Shown in pieces: positions 9,195-18,470 of a stretch of DNA of 64,000 nucleotides. Position numbers and translations under genes: made by a program. Position 1 is the first letter of the stretch. Each line of letters begins with the position of its first letter. Under the pieces are notes generated by a model, which was given only the letters and a program-made list of their open reading frames with translations, ran no database searches and was not told where the DNA came from. The stretch is taken from the NCBI GenBank assembly GCA_047638715.1, contig JBLIMK010000007.1, positions 4,265 to 68,264 of the forward strand. Reading direction: 5' to 3'. This DNA comes from Verrucomicrobiales bacterium (GTDB lineage Bacteria > Actinomycetota > Acidimicrobiia > Acidimicrobiales > SHLQ01).

Positions 9195-10174
9195 CTCAGC
9201 AGGCCCATGTTTCGTTTCGCCCGAGCCAACACTTCCGAGGCGATCGCTTCGGCCTTGTCGGCACCGATTCGAAGCAAACGCTCGGTCTCGGCGGGGTCGG
9301 CCTGAAGCTCAGCGAAACGTGTCTGGATCGGGCGAAGGAGTTCGATCACAGCCTCGGCGGTGTCACCTTTCAGGGGACCGTATTGGGTGTACTGCTCGGC
9401 GAGTTCGGTAGATGGTGTGCCTGTGCATGCCGACAGAATGTCGAGCAAATTCGATACCCCGGGTTTTTGGTCGATGTCGTAGCGAACGTCGCCATCGCTG
9501 TCGGTGACGGCACGTTTGAACTTCTTCTCGATCTTCTTCGGATCTTCGAGAACGAGCACCGTGCCAGGGCTCTCCCCTTCCGACTTCGACATCTTGCGTT
9601 CGGGATGCTGCAGATCCATGATCCGAGCTCCCGCAGGCGGGATCCTGTGCTCCGGGACAACGAAGGTGTCGCCGAATCGGGAGTTGAAACGCTCGGCGAT
9701 GTCTCGGGTGATCTCGATGTGTTGGCGCTGGTCGTCACCGACCGGAACAACATCGGTGTCGTAGAGAAGGATGTCGGCAGCTTGCAAGGCCGGGTAGGTA
9801 AAGAGCGCGGCGGAAACGAATTTGGTCGAGTCGCGGTTCGACTTGTCCTTGAACGCGGTCATTCGACTCAGCTCGCCGAAGCTCACGGTGCACTCCATCA
9901 ACCAAGCAAGTTGGGGATGTTGTGGGACTTGGCTTTGCACGAAGAGGATCGAACGTTCCGGATCGATGCCCACGGCCATCAAGAGTTGTGCCAATTCGAT
10001 TGTGTTCTTGCGCAGCACATCGGGCGGCTGCGGGAGAGTGAGGGCGTGGAGGTCGACGACGCAGTAGACCGCATCATGGTCATCCTGGAGTTTCGACCAA
10101 TTGATCAACGCTCCGAGCAAGTTGCCGAGGTGAAGTTCACCTGAAGGTTGGATGCCGCTGAACACTCGTTTCAT
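9191..10174 (-). CDS. trpS: tryptophan--tRNA ligase
   Basis: 327 aa. Class I signatures GIQPSGELHLGNLLGA (HIGH region) and KMSKS. The overall layout is typical of TrpRS. Confidence 0.95.
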   Translation of the reverse strand: MKRVFSGIQPSGELHLGNLLGALINWSKLQDDHDAVYCVVDLHALTLPQPPDVLRKNTIELAQLLMAVGIDPERSILFVQSQVPQHPQLAWLMECTVSFGELSRMTAFKDKSNRDSTKFVSAALFTYPALQAADILLYDTDVVPVGDDQRQHIEITRDIAERFNSRFGDTFVVPEHRIPPAGARIMDLQHPERKMSKSEGESPGTVLVLEDPKKIEKKFKRAVTDSDGDVRYDIDQKPGVSNLLDILSACTGTPSTELAEQYTQYGPLKGDTAEAVIELLRPIQTRFAELQADPAETERLLRIGADKAEAIASEVLARAKRNMGLLS

Positions 10175-10192
10175 GGGAGACGAGGCTAGCGG

Positions 10193-11608
10193 TCAGCAGA
10201 GATCCTCGATCGCCTCACGCGCCGCCGTCCGGCTGACGTGCACATCGCGCCAGGACTCATCGTCTGGGCGGGTGCAGATGTGATTGCGCAATCGGACGTA
10301 CCGATCGTTTGGCATCGGACGAAGAATCTCGATGTTCTCGACAATGGTTGGGGTGGCATCTTCGGACAACCAGATCAGCGGCATGATCGCAATCCACTCG
10401 TCCTCACCGGTTGGGGGATTTGCGAAGTTGTGTTCGGCGATTCTTCGATCGGGGTTGAGCGCCCCCATCGCAAAGACAAAAACTATCCAACTCGAGACCA
10501 GCGCGACAGTGAACCAGGCGTCGCTTCCTCGAACTCCCGCAACCCTCAATGCGGCCAGCCCGAGCACGATCAGCAGCCAGAGGCCGAATCCGAATGACCA
10601 AAAGCGAAGTGGGCTGAGAAAGGTCTCGTCCACATAGGCGAGTATCCGAAGCAGGGCGAGACCGTCGATCACGGCGGCGAGTGCGATGGTCAGCAACCCG
10701 AGCCGACGAAGGCGCGTGTCGAGGTTCGGGGAACCAGAGATCTGGCGGATGACGAGAACGAGCACCACCGTGAGCGCGGCTACCCACAACAACTGAAAGA
10801 ACCCCGAGCGCACTTCGGAGCGGAGGGCCGCGTTGGACAGGTCGCGTCCAATCGTCGTGAGTCGCAGAGTAATGAACAATCCAAACAACCCGGCGACAGC
10901 AGATAACACGACCGACGACTCGAGCGAGCCGAAACGTCGACCGTGGCCAGCTGGCGCGCAGGGGCGGCCAATGACCGCGAAACGCGCCACGCCGATCGCC
11001 ACCGGCAGTATGAGGATAAGGAGCGCCGCACGGGCGAACGGGAAGATGAAGGGGTCCACAATGTCTGCGAACACCTCGTCGGCCGAGGCCAGAAGGGCCC
11101 AGAAAACGGCCACGATCGGCGCTGCAATGATGACCCCCCGGATGAGGGCGACGATGGTTTGTTCGGATCCGACGCGAGCGGGGGCCCGGTCGATCACACG
11201 ACGTTCGCTGCGTCTAAAGATTGCACCAACCGACAGGTTGGTGAGCGATTGTTCGGTTCCTGCAGCGAACGCCGAGACAGCAAGGACGAGCAAGGTGGTG
11301 CAGGCGATCGAGATCGTCAACCAGCTGTTGTCGCGAAAGACGAGCCACGGCACCAAAAACGCCGAGAACGCACTCCAGCGCGCGATCGAGGAACGCGGCG
11401 AAATCGCCCACCACACCCCCAGAATGCTGCCGCCGAATGCAATAGCGAGGCCGAGGCCGGTCCGGGTCGATACGGCAACAGCGAACACGAGCGACACGGC
11501 CAAGCCCGCCTGGTGAGCACGGGTGAAACAGCGGCGAGCGACCGCGACATCACGTGAACCGGCGCGCAGATCGACGTCGGCGGTGTCTTGGGCCTCCGGT
11601 GATGTCAT
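10193..11608 (-). CDS. polytopic membrane protein, DUF4153/DUF4173-like (paralog 1)
   Basis: Many predicted TM helices. Conserved SGFFQLLWVAALTVVLV block and a C-terminal soluble tail, both shared with the upstream paralog. Start moved to MTSPEAQD (11608), 1 nt after the upstream gene's TGA. Confidence 0.6.
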   Translation of the reverse strand: MTSPEAQDTADVDLRAGSRDVAVARRCFTRAHQAGLAVSLVFAVAVSTRTGLGLAIAFGGSILGVWWAISPRSSIARWSAFSAFLVPWLVFRDNSWLTISIACTTLLVLAVSAFAAGTEQSLTNLSVGAIFRRSERRVIDRAPARVGSEQTIVALIRGVIIAAPIVAVFWALLASADEVFADIVDPFIFPFARAALLILILPVAIGVARFAVIGRPCAPAGHGRRFGSLESSVVLSAVAGLFGLFITLRLTTIGRDLSNAALRSEVRSGFFQLLWVAALTVVLVLVIRQISGSPNLDTRLRRLGLLTIALAAVIDGLALLRILAYVDETFLSPLRFWSFGFGLWLLIVLGLAALRVAGVRGSDAWFTVALVSSWIVFVFAMGALNPDRRIAEHNFANPPTGEDEWIAIMPLIWLSEDATPTIVENIEILRPMPNDRYVRLRNHICTRPDDESWRDVHVSRTAAREAIEDLC

Positions 11609-11609
11609 G

Positions 11610-13145
11610 TCAGTCCCGGCCTCGAATGTTGCCACCCGCCTCGCGTTCGGTACAGAGGGTGTCGAGAGCTCTATCGGCACCAACTCGCCCGGCGTTGTAC
11701 TCGAATAGCCCGAACGAGGTCTCTCGGTCGGGTCGCAAGCACAACTGGTCCAGCAGCTCGGTGCCAGCGACGTCGGGGAGGTTTGGTTCCGAACGGATGA
11801 GCTCTTCAACCGCATCATCGCTAAGCGACTGCAATGTCTCGACGTCGACCGTGGTCGTTGCTCGGGAGATGTTGTAGGACGCCACTTGCGCGTCGGGGTT
11901 CACCACGTTCAGGCCAAATACGAACAAAGCGGACAGCACGATTGCGGTGCCAGGGAACCAGCTGCGATCCGCCTGCCAACCCGCGACCGAGAGCGCGTAG
12001 GTGGCGATCAAGACCGCAACGCCCCCAGCACCGGCGATCGCCCAGAACCGAAGTGGTGTGAGGCCGAACGAGCCGACGTAGAGGAGCAAGCGCTGCAAAC
12101 TGATGCCCGCGATGACCACCGTCAAAAGCAAGGTGACTAGGGCGAGTGGCGTGAAGCGATCTCGCCCCTTTTCGGGGTTGGTGATACGTACAGCTCGCAG
12201 GCCGCCGACCAACGAGACCGCCAACCCAGCAACCCACAGCAGTTGGAAAAAGCCGCTTCGGGCATGCTCTGCCGACGTTAATCCTTCGGTGCGCAGCACA
12301 TGGTCAGCGCCTCCGAAGGCGACGACGAGCTGCGTGATGACGAAAGCCGAGAAGAGCGCCGCGAGGCTTCCCAGAATGATCGTGACTTCGAGCGAGCCGA
12401 GCATCCGAATATTCAGCGACTTCTGCGCTGGCGGTGTCTCGTGTGCGGCGCGACTCACGAATCCGAAGAGCACGATCGCAACGAGCAACGTCACGATGAT
12501 GTGACCCACGAGGGTCGGAAGGTTTCCGAGTAAAAGGAACTTGGCGAAGACGTCATCGGCCGATGCCAACAGCGTGGTGAAGACGATAAGCACCGGGATC
12601 GCCACCGCAATTCCTCGGAGGAACGGTGCGAGCTTTCTGTCGGTCGTGAGGGCCGTGGCGAAACGACGCAGTAGGCCAAGGCCGTACAACCACTCGAACG
12701 TTGGAGCCCACACATCCATGACGACGTCCCGGACACGAACGTCGAGCGGCGAACCTCGAAGCGATATACCCGCGGCAACGCCGAGAAGAATGAGGACCGT
12801 GACGACGTTCGCCAACGTGAGCGGGGTATCCGCGCGGATAGCGAGCCATGGCGCCACAGCCGATGCGAGCGCCAAGAATAGAAGCGGCTCACGGCGTCGA
12901 ACTCGGCTACTCCAGATAAGCGTCACGACCAGGACGATCACAAGAAGCGCGCTCGATGCAGAGGCGACCGCGCCGGTTCGAAGGATCAGGTTGCCGAGGA
13001 ATCCAGCGATGATCGCGCCAACGATCTCAGGGGTCCGTACGTCGGGTGAATCGCCGCGTTTCGGGAGAACCTGACCTGCCTGGGGTGGTGGGACTTGTTC
13101 TTCTTCGGGCATACCGCTTCGCTCTCCCTCAGGCCTACTGTTCAC
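11610..13145 (-). CDS. polytopic membrane protein, DUF4153/DUF4173-like (paralog 2)
   Basis: 511 aa. Same architecture, with an SGFFQLLWVAGLAVSLV block, in tandem with the downstream paralog. Confidence 0.6.
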   Translation of the reverse strand: MNSRPEGERSGMPEEEQVPPPQAGQVLPKRGDSPDVRTPEIVGAIIAGFLGNLILRTGAVASASSALLVIVLVVTLIWSSRVRRREPLLFLALASAVAPWLAIRADTPLTLANVVTVLILLGVAAGISLRGSPLDVRVRDVVMDVWAPTFEWLYGLGLLRRFATALTTDRKLAPFLRGIAVAIPVLIVFTTLLASADDVFAKFLLLGNLPTLVGHIIVTLLVAIVLFGFVSRAAHETPPAQKSLNIRMLGSLEVTIILGSLAALFSAFVITQLVVAFGGADHVLRTEGLTSAEHARSGFFQLLWVAGLAVSLVGGLRAVRITNPEKGRDRFTPLALVTLLLTVVIAGISLQRLLLYVGSFGLTPLRFWAIAGAGGVAVLIATYALSVAGWQADRSWFPGTAIVLSALFVFGLNVVNPDAQVASYNISRATTTVDVETLQSLSDDAVEELIRSEPNLPDVAGTELLDQLCLRPDRETSFGLFEYNAGRVGADRALDTLCTEREAGGNIRGRD

Positions 13146-13234
13146 GATCTATCGCGAACAGTAGGCAAGGGGATTGAAAATGTCCCGTAAAGAAGTAGTT
13201 GCAATCGTATGACGCAGAGAATGCGTCGATCCAA

Positions 13235-14647
13235 TCAGCTGCGACCCCGGTATTGCGTCGATCCGCCATGCATGTTTTTGTTCAGCCGCTTGGCGAGGTG
13301 CAATCCTTCGAGAACGAGCTCGATAGCCGAAGCCGTGACCGCAGGATGCGGTTCGATGGAGTCGCCCTCGAGTAGTGCGTCGACCGCCGGCTGCAGCGCA
13401 GGAACTTGTGCGAGGAGCTCGACGTAGACGCTCGGGTCGACATCGGAGCCAACGTCGACCGTGACCCCTTCCTCGAAGGCCTCAACGATTGGGCCGTGCA
13501 GCGTTGGATCGACCGTGTCGATAAACGTGGTGTGCACCGCTGAGCGGATCAACGCATCGATCACGCGGCCTTCGCCACCCTCCTCGAAGGCTTCCACCTC
13601 GATCTTTCCCGACGTCGTCGCAGCAATCGCCGACAGGTCTCCGATTCGAGGGACCGCGACGTCGTGACCCGCCAAAAGGCTCCGACGAATCGAGTTCGCG
13701 ATGATCGCCTCGTAGTTCGCAACACTCAACCGGACCGACACGCCAGAACGCTGGGAGATCTGACTTGAGTCGCGCGCCTGCTGGGAGATCTCCGACACGA
13801 TCTCGAGCATGAACTCTGGCACACGAACATCGACAACATCTGCCGGTGGAAGCACGGCTTCTTGCAGCACGATCGTCATCTCTGTCTCGACGTCGAGCGG
13901 GTAGTGCGTTCGAATTTGTGACCCGAAGCGGTCCTTCAGCGGCGTGATGATTCGGCCGCGGTTGGTGTAGTCCTCCGGGTTGGCCGACGCGAAGAGCACG
14001 ACGTCGAGCGGCAGCCGAACCTTGTACCCACGAATCTGTACGTCCCGTTCCTCAAGAACATTGAGCAGTCCGACCTGAATGCGCTCCGACAGATCGGGCA
14101 ACTCGTTGATTGCGAAGATCCCGCGATTCGTGCGAGGTACCAGGCCGTAATGAAGGGTGAGCTCATCGCTGAGATAACGGCCCTCTGCGACCTTGATCGG
14201 GTCGACCTCGCCAATGAGGTCAGCGATCGAGGTGTCCGGGGTCGCCAGTTTCTCGCCATATCGCTGATCGCGATGCACCCAATCGATAGGCGTGTCATCG
14301 CCCTGTTCGGCGACGAGTGCCCGTGCATAGGCCGAGACAGCGTTGAAGGGGTCGTCGTTGATCTCAGACCCCTCGATGATCGGCATCCACTCGTCGAGAA
14401 GTGCTGTCAGGCCGCGAATCATTCGCGTCTTCGCCTGTCCACGCTCGCCGAGGAAGATCACGTCGTGACCAGCGAGCAAAGCGTTCTCGAGCTGTGGCAT
14501 CACCGTGTCCTCGTAGCCAAGGACTTCTGCGACGAGAGGGTCGCCGTTTCGGATGCGAGCGATCGCGTTCCGGCGCAGTTCTTCGGCCACCGGCACGGAC
14601 GCCCAGCCGGTCTTGACGAGTTCACCGAGGGTCGTTGGTCTGCTCAT
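13235..14647 (-). CDS. AAA+ ATPase of the Mg-chelatase subunit I-like / sigma54-interaction type (Rv0958-like)
   Basis: 470 aa. Walker A FLGERGQAKT, Walker B region GIFAINELPDL, then VQIRGYKVRLPLDVVLFASANPEDY. This family normally pairs with a VWA protein. Confidence 0.85.
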   Translation of the reverse strand: MSRPTTLGELVKTGWASVPVAEELRRNAIARIRNGDPLVAEVLGYEDTVMPQLENALLAGHDVIFLGERGQAKTRMIRGLTALLDEWMPIIEGSEINDDPFNAVSAYARALVAEQGDDTPIDWVHRDQRYGEKLATPDTSIADLIGEVDPIKVAEGRYLSDELTLHYGLVPRTNRGIFAINELPDLSERIQVGLLNVLEERDVQIRGYKVRLPLDVVLFASANPEDYTNRGRIITPLKDRFGSQIRTHYPLDVETEMTIVLQEAVLPPADVVDVRVPEFMLEIVSEISQQARDSSQISQRSGVSVRLSVANYEAIIANSIRRSLLAGHDVAVPRIGDLSAIAATTSGKIEVEAFEEGGEGRVIDALIRSAVHTTFIDTVDPTLHGPIVEAFEEGVTVDVGSDVDPSVYVELLAQVPALQPAVDALLEGDSIEPHPAVTASAIELVLEGLHLAKRLNKNMHGGSTQYRGRS

Positions 14648-14801
14648 TACCCGTGCTTACCACAGGACCTCAACAACTCAGCTGCGGAGTAGGGCACCGC
14701 GCGTCTCGACATCGAAGAGGCATCGGATGCTAAACATCTTCTGAGAAATATATGGGTCGCCAATCAGCGCGACCCACCCCACGAATAGGACGGGAACAGC
14801 A

Positions 14802-15311
14802 ATGAGCGATTTTCCAGCAGCACCACCACCCTCGGACATGGCCGCCGGAGCACCGGCGACGTTTGGTCAGCGGTTCATCGCCCTGATCATCGACGCCGTG
14901 ATCCTCATGGCGCTTGGGTTGCCAGGCTTCATCCTTCTGATTCTTGGGAGCGCTATCGGCGGCGGCTTCGGCGTCCTGGTTCTCCTGATCGGAATCTTGT
15001 TGATGGTCGCATCGGTATTCGCTTCGCTCTACATCTACTTCGCCGGCATCGGAAACGAGGGCCAGACCCCGGGCAAAAGGATGCAGGGTGTCAAGGTCGT
15101 GAACGCCAGCGGCGGCACGATCGGTGTCGGCGGCGCGGTCATTCGATACATCGTCCAGTACCTCACGAACATCATTTGTTACATCGGTTCGCTGTGGATG
15201 CTCTTTGATGCTGAAAAGAAGACCCTCTACGACAAGATTCTCGACAACCAGGTCATCCAGGTCGAAAAGGGTGAACTGATGCCCCTCTTCCCTGGCGGAA
15301 AACCCTTCTAG
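14802..15311 (+). CDS. RDD-family membrane protein
   Basis: 169 aa. Pro-rich N-terminus, GQRFIALIIDAVIL (RDD-domain start), two or three TM helices, and a conserved D near the C-terminal end of the domain. Confidence 0.8.
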   Translation: MSDFPAAPPPSDMAAGAPATFGQRFIALIIDAVILMALGLPGFILLILGSAIGGGFGVLVLLIGILLMVASVFASLYIYFAGIGNEGQTPGKRMQGVKVVNASGGTIGVGGAVIRYIVQYLTNIICYIGSLWMLFDAEKKTLYDKILDNQVIQVEKGELMPLFPGGKPF

Positions 15312-15326
15312 AACGCAAGAACGAAC

Positions 15327-15378
15327 GAAGCCGCCAGCCTGGAACTGACGCCGGGCTGGCGGCTTCGACCGTTTTCGA
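15327..15378 (+). terminator. intrinsic-terminator-like hairpin after the RDD gene
   Basis: GAAGCCGCCAGCC ... GGCTGGCGGCTTC forms a 13-bp perfect stem with a ~14-nt loop. It is followed by GACCGTTTTCG, 16 nt after the stop codon. Confidence 0.55.
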
Positions 15379-15388
15379 CCTCTAATCT

Positions 15389-17266
15389 TTGACGATGCGC
15401 TTCGCTGCGATTATCGCCGCGGCATTCTTGGCCGTCGACCCATTTGGTTGGGACCAGTACGGGCCCCTTCGGTTCGCGTTGGTCTCGACGTTGGGATTCG
15501 CGGCCATCGCCGTCTCGCTCGGCTCCGGCGACCTTCGATCGCAGCCGCTGCCTCGCTGGTCTGTACTCGGTTGGATCGGCGTGTTGCTCGCCATGTCCAT
15601 CTCGACGGCAACGTCAGCCGATTCTTGGCACGCCTTGATCGGTACGCCGGAGCGGCACCTTGGCCTCGCGAGCTGGGTGTTGTTCGCAGGCCTCTTCGCC
15701 GTAAGTTCGCTCTATCCGTTCTCCGCCGTCGAAGTGGTTTCGCGAGCCGCTGTTTTGGTTGCTGTCGCCAGCGGCGTTTGGGCAATCCTCGAGTCGCTCG
15801 ACATTGGTTGGTTCGACTCGGCCTTTGCCGGCGATCGAGTCGGGGGACCGCTCGGACAGCCGGCCTATCTGGGCGCCGGAATGTTGCTGGTCGTCCCACT
15901 CGCTGCTGCTGCAGCCGTCGACCGCTTCAACTCGATCACTGCACGACTCCTCGGAGCGTCTGGCACGGCGCTCGGTCTCTGCGCGCTTGCACTCTCGGAA
16001 TCGCGGGCGGCATGGGTGGGGGCACTCGCGGCGGCCGCACTCCTCGTCATCCGCAGGAAGCAGATCATCGGTGGGCTTGTCGGCGCGGCCGCTATCGCCG
16101 CTCTGCTGATCTTCACACCGTTGGGAGACCGAGCAGCAACCCTCACCGATGTGGACTCCGGCGTGGTTGCGGGCCGACTCGACGAGTGGCAGGTCGGCGC
16201 CAGAGCCGTGCTCGATACACCCACCTTCGGCATCACCGGGCATGGTCCAGAGGGATATCGAACCGTCTTCGGCGAACACGTCGACGAGGCCTACGTTGTG
16301 ACGTACGGGCGCGACGTGATCACCGACCGAGCCCATAACGGCATCCTCGATACGGCGCTCACCGGAGGACTCTCCGCAGCTGCGGCAATGTTGCTTCTCC
16401 AGATCGGACTGGTCATCACCGCCCTGCAAAGAATTCGAGCGAACACTCCGCTCGACGTCGCACTCGGCGCCGCGTCGATCGCCTACGTGATCCAACAGCT
16501 CTTCCTCTTTCCCCTCGCCGAACTCGACCCGGTGCTTTGGATCGTTGCTGGTCTGCTCATTGCTCGACGCCCTCATCGGCTCAGCACTCGCGCGCCACTG
16601 TTCCGGCAGGTATCGGGCGGCCGTCGCGCCGCCATGTTCGGCGCTGGATTCCTGTCTGCCGTCGCGGCGATCGCTGGCCTCTCGGACGTAGCCGCCGACC
16701 ACGCGGTTCTTGACGTCGTCGAAGCCGACGACGGTGCGACAGCGCTACGAGCAGCCGACCGTGCTCGCGACCGCCGACCCGATTCGATTCGGTATGACTT
16801 CATCGCTGCTCGAGCAGCCTCGGCGGGAGGAACGGCCGACGACTTCCGGACGTCGCTGGACCGGCTGCAACACGGACTCGCGCTTTCGCCGAAGGACCCC
16901 GCGTTCCTGACCGAACAGGCGAACGTGTTGTTGGAGATCGCACGACGGAGCACCGACGAACGTGACCTCGACGTGGCGATGGACGCGCTCGAGGAACGCG
17001 ACGCGCTCGACCCGAACAATCCAAGCACGCAACAGAGCTTCGGAACCGCCCTAGCACTCGACGGGCAAACCAACGCCGCCATCGCCCAACTCGAGCACGC
17101 GGCAGCTCTCGACCCGACATCGATCGAATCGCTTCTCAACCTCGCTCTCGTGCAACTCGAAGATGGTCGCCTCGACGACGGCGCGACAACCCTTGAGCGC
17201 GTCGACGATCTCGCCCCGACGAACGCGAACGCTCAACAGCTCCGCCGAGACTTTCTTTCAGGCTGA
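15389..17266 (+). CDS. O-antigen ligase (Wzy_C)-domain membrane protein with C-terminal TPR repeats
   Basis: 625 aa. Multi-TM N-terminal part with SESRAAWVGALAAAALLV (O-antigen ligase loop). The C-terminal ~200 aa is a helical repeat region (ALDPNNPSTQQSFGTALA..., ALDPTSIESLLNLA...). Confidence 0.7.
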   Translation: MTMRFAAIIAAAFLAVDPFGWDQYGPLRFALVSTLGFAAIAVSLGSGDLRSQPLPRWSVLGWIGVLLAMSISTATSADSWHALIGTPERHLGLASWVLFAGLFAVSSLYPFSAVEVVSRAAVLVAVASGVWAILESLDIGWFDSAFAGDRVGGPLGQPAYLGAGMLLVVPLAAAAAVDRFNSITARLLGASGTALGLCALALSESRAAWVGALAAAALLVIRRKQIIGGLVGAAAIAALLIFTPLGDRAATLTDVDSGVVAGRLDEWQVGARAVLDTPTFGITGHGPEGYRTVFGEHVDEAYVVTYGRDVITDRAHNGILDTALTGGLSAAAAMLLLQIGLVITALQRIRANTPLDVALGAASIAYVIQQLFLFPLAELDPVLWIVAGLLIARRPHRLSTRAPLFRQVSGGRRAAMFGAGFLSAVAAIAGLSDVAADHAVLDVVEADDGATALRAADRARDRRPDSIRYDFIAARAASAGGTADDFRTSLDRLQHGLALSPKDPAFLTEQANVLLEIARRSTDERDLDVAMDALEERDALDPNNPSTQQSFGTALALDGQTNAAIAQLEHAAALDPTSIESLLNLALVQLEDGRLDDGATTLERVDDLAPTNANAQQLRRDFLSG

Positions 17267-17316
17267 CCGAGAAATTTCCTGGACGATCGTTCAGTTTTAG
17301 TGCTTAGACTCTTTGC

Positions 17317-18429
17317 ATGAATCGCATCACCCTGAGTCCGCGCATTCGGATGACCCCGTTCCACAACTCGACAATCGCCGCCGGGCTGTCCGACATCAGC
17401 GTCTACAACAAGATGGTTTTGCCAACGTCGTACGGCGACCTGAAAGCCGAATACGACCGCCTGATCAACGGCGTTGCGATCTGGGATGTTTCGGTCGAGC
17501 GCCAAGTCCAGATCAGTGGCCCCGATGCCGACGTGTGCGCGCAATATTTCACGACAAGAGACATCACAAACATGGTCGAAGGTCAGGGCAAGTACGTGGC
17601 GATGTGCGATCACGCTGGTCACATCTTGAACGATCCGGTGCTGATGAAGCTGAGCGGTAGCCGTTACTGGTTCTCCATTGCGGACAACGACATGTTGCTC
17701 TTCTGTAAGGGTGTTGCAGCCGAGCGCGGCTGGGACGTCCAGGTCACCGAGCCCGATGTGTCGCCGCTTGCTGTGCAAGGCCCCAAGGCCGAGGACCTGA
17801 TCGCCGAACTATTCGGCGAGCACGTTCGCTCCCTCAAGTACTTCTGGTTCACCGAGACCGAACTCGACGGCATACCGCTCGTTCTGTGCCGCTCGGGGTG
17901 GAGCAAGCAGGGTGGCTTCGAGCTCTTCCTCCAAGACGGCAGTCGCGGCGACGAGCTGTGGGCGAAGGTCGTAGCAGCAGGCGAGAAGTACGACATTGGT
18001 CCGGGCGCTCCGAACCATATCGAGCGCGTCGAGAGTGGCCTGCTGTCGTGGGGAGGCGATAACACGCCCGACTCCAATCCATTCGAGGTAGGCATGGGTC
18101 GTTATGTCGACACCGATACCGATGTTGAATACATCGGCAAAGCAGCGTTGCAAGCGGTCGTCGCCAATGGTGGGCCAGAACGCCTCTTCGTCGGCGTGAA
18201 CATCGACACGCCGCTCACCGAAGCCTGGCCCCTCCCGGAACGGACACCGATAATGCTCGATGGCGAGCAGGTCGGAACACTCAGCGCAATCATCCACAGC
18301 CATCGTCTCGACCGGACGATCGGCTTGGCCCAGATCTCACGTACCGTCGTCGAGGCAGGCCATGGCGTCGAGGTCCAAACACCGGACGGCCCGAGAAGCG
18401 CCACGGTTCAGAAGCTCCCGTTCTTGTAG
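17317..18429 (+). CDS. GcvT-family aminomethyltransferase, DmdA-like subgroup (candidate DMSP demethylase)
   Basis: 370 aa. SPRIRMTPFH, VYNKMVLPTSY, AIWDVSVERQVQISGPDA, PDVSPLAVQGPKAEDL and RSGWSKQGGFELF follow the folate-dependent GcvT fold. From memory they resemble the DmdA clade more than canonical GcvT. Confidence 0.7.
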   Translation: MNRITLSPRIRMTPFHNSTIAAGLSDISVYNKMVLPTSYGDLKAEYDRLINGVAIWDVSVERQVQISGPDADVCAQYFTTRDITNMVEGQGKYVAMCDHAGHILNDPVLMKLSGSRYWFSIADNDMLLFCKGVAAERGWDVQVTEPDVSPLAVQGPKAEDLIAELFGEHVRSLKYFWFTETELDGIPLVLCRSGWSKQGGFELFLQDGSRGDELWAKVVAAGEKYDIGPGAPNHIERVESGLLSWGGDNTPDSNPFEVGMGRYVDTDTDVEYIGKAALQAVVANGGPERLFVGVNIDTPLTEAWPLPERTPIMLDGEQVGTLSAIIHSHRLDRTIGLAQISRTVVEAGHGVEVQTPDGPRSATVQKLPFL

Positions 18430-18470
18430 GAACGCTGCGGTGTCGAAACGTCGCAGTGTCGGATATCAAC

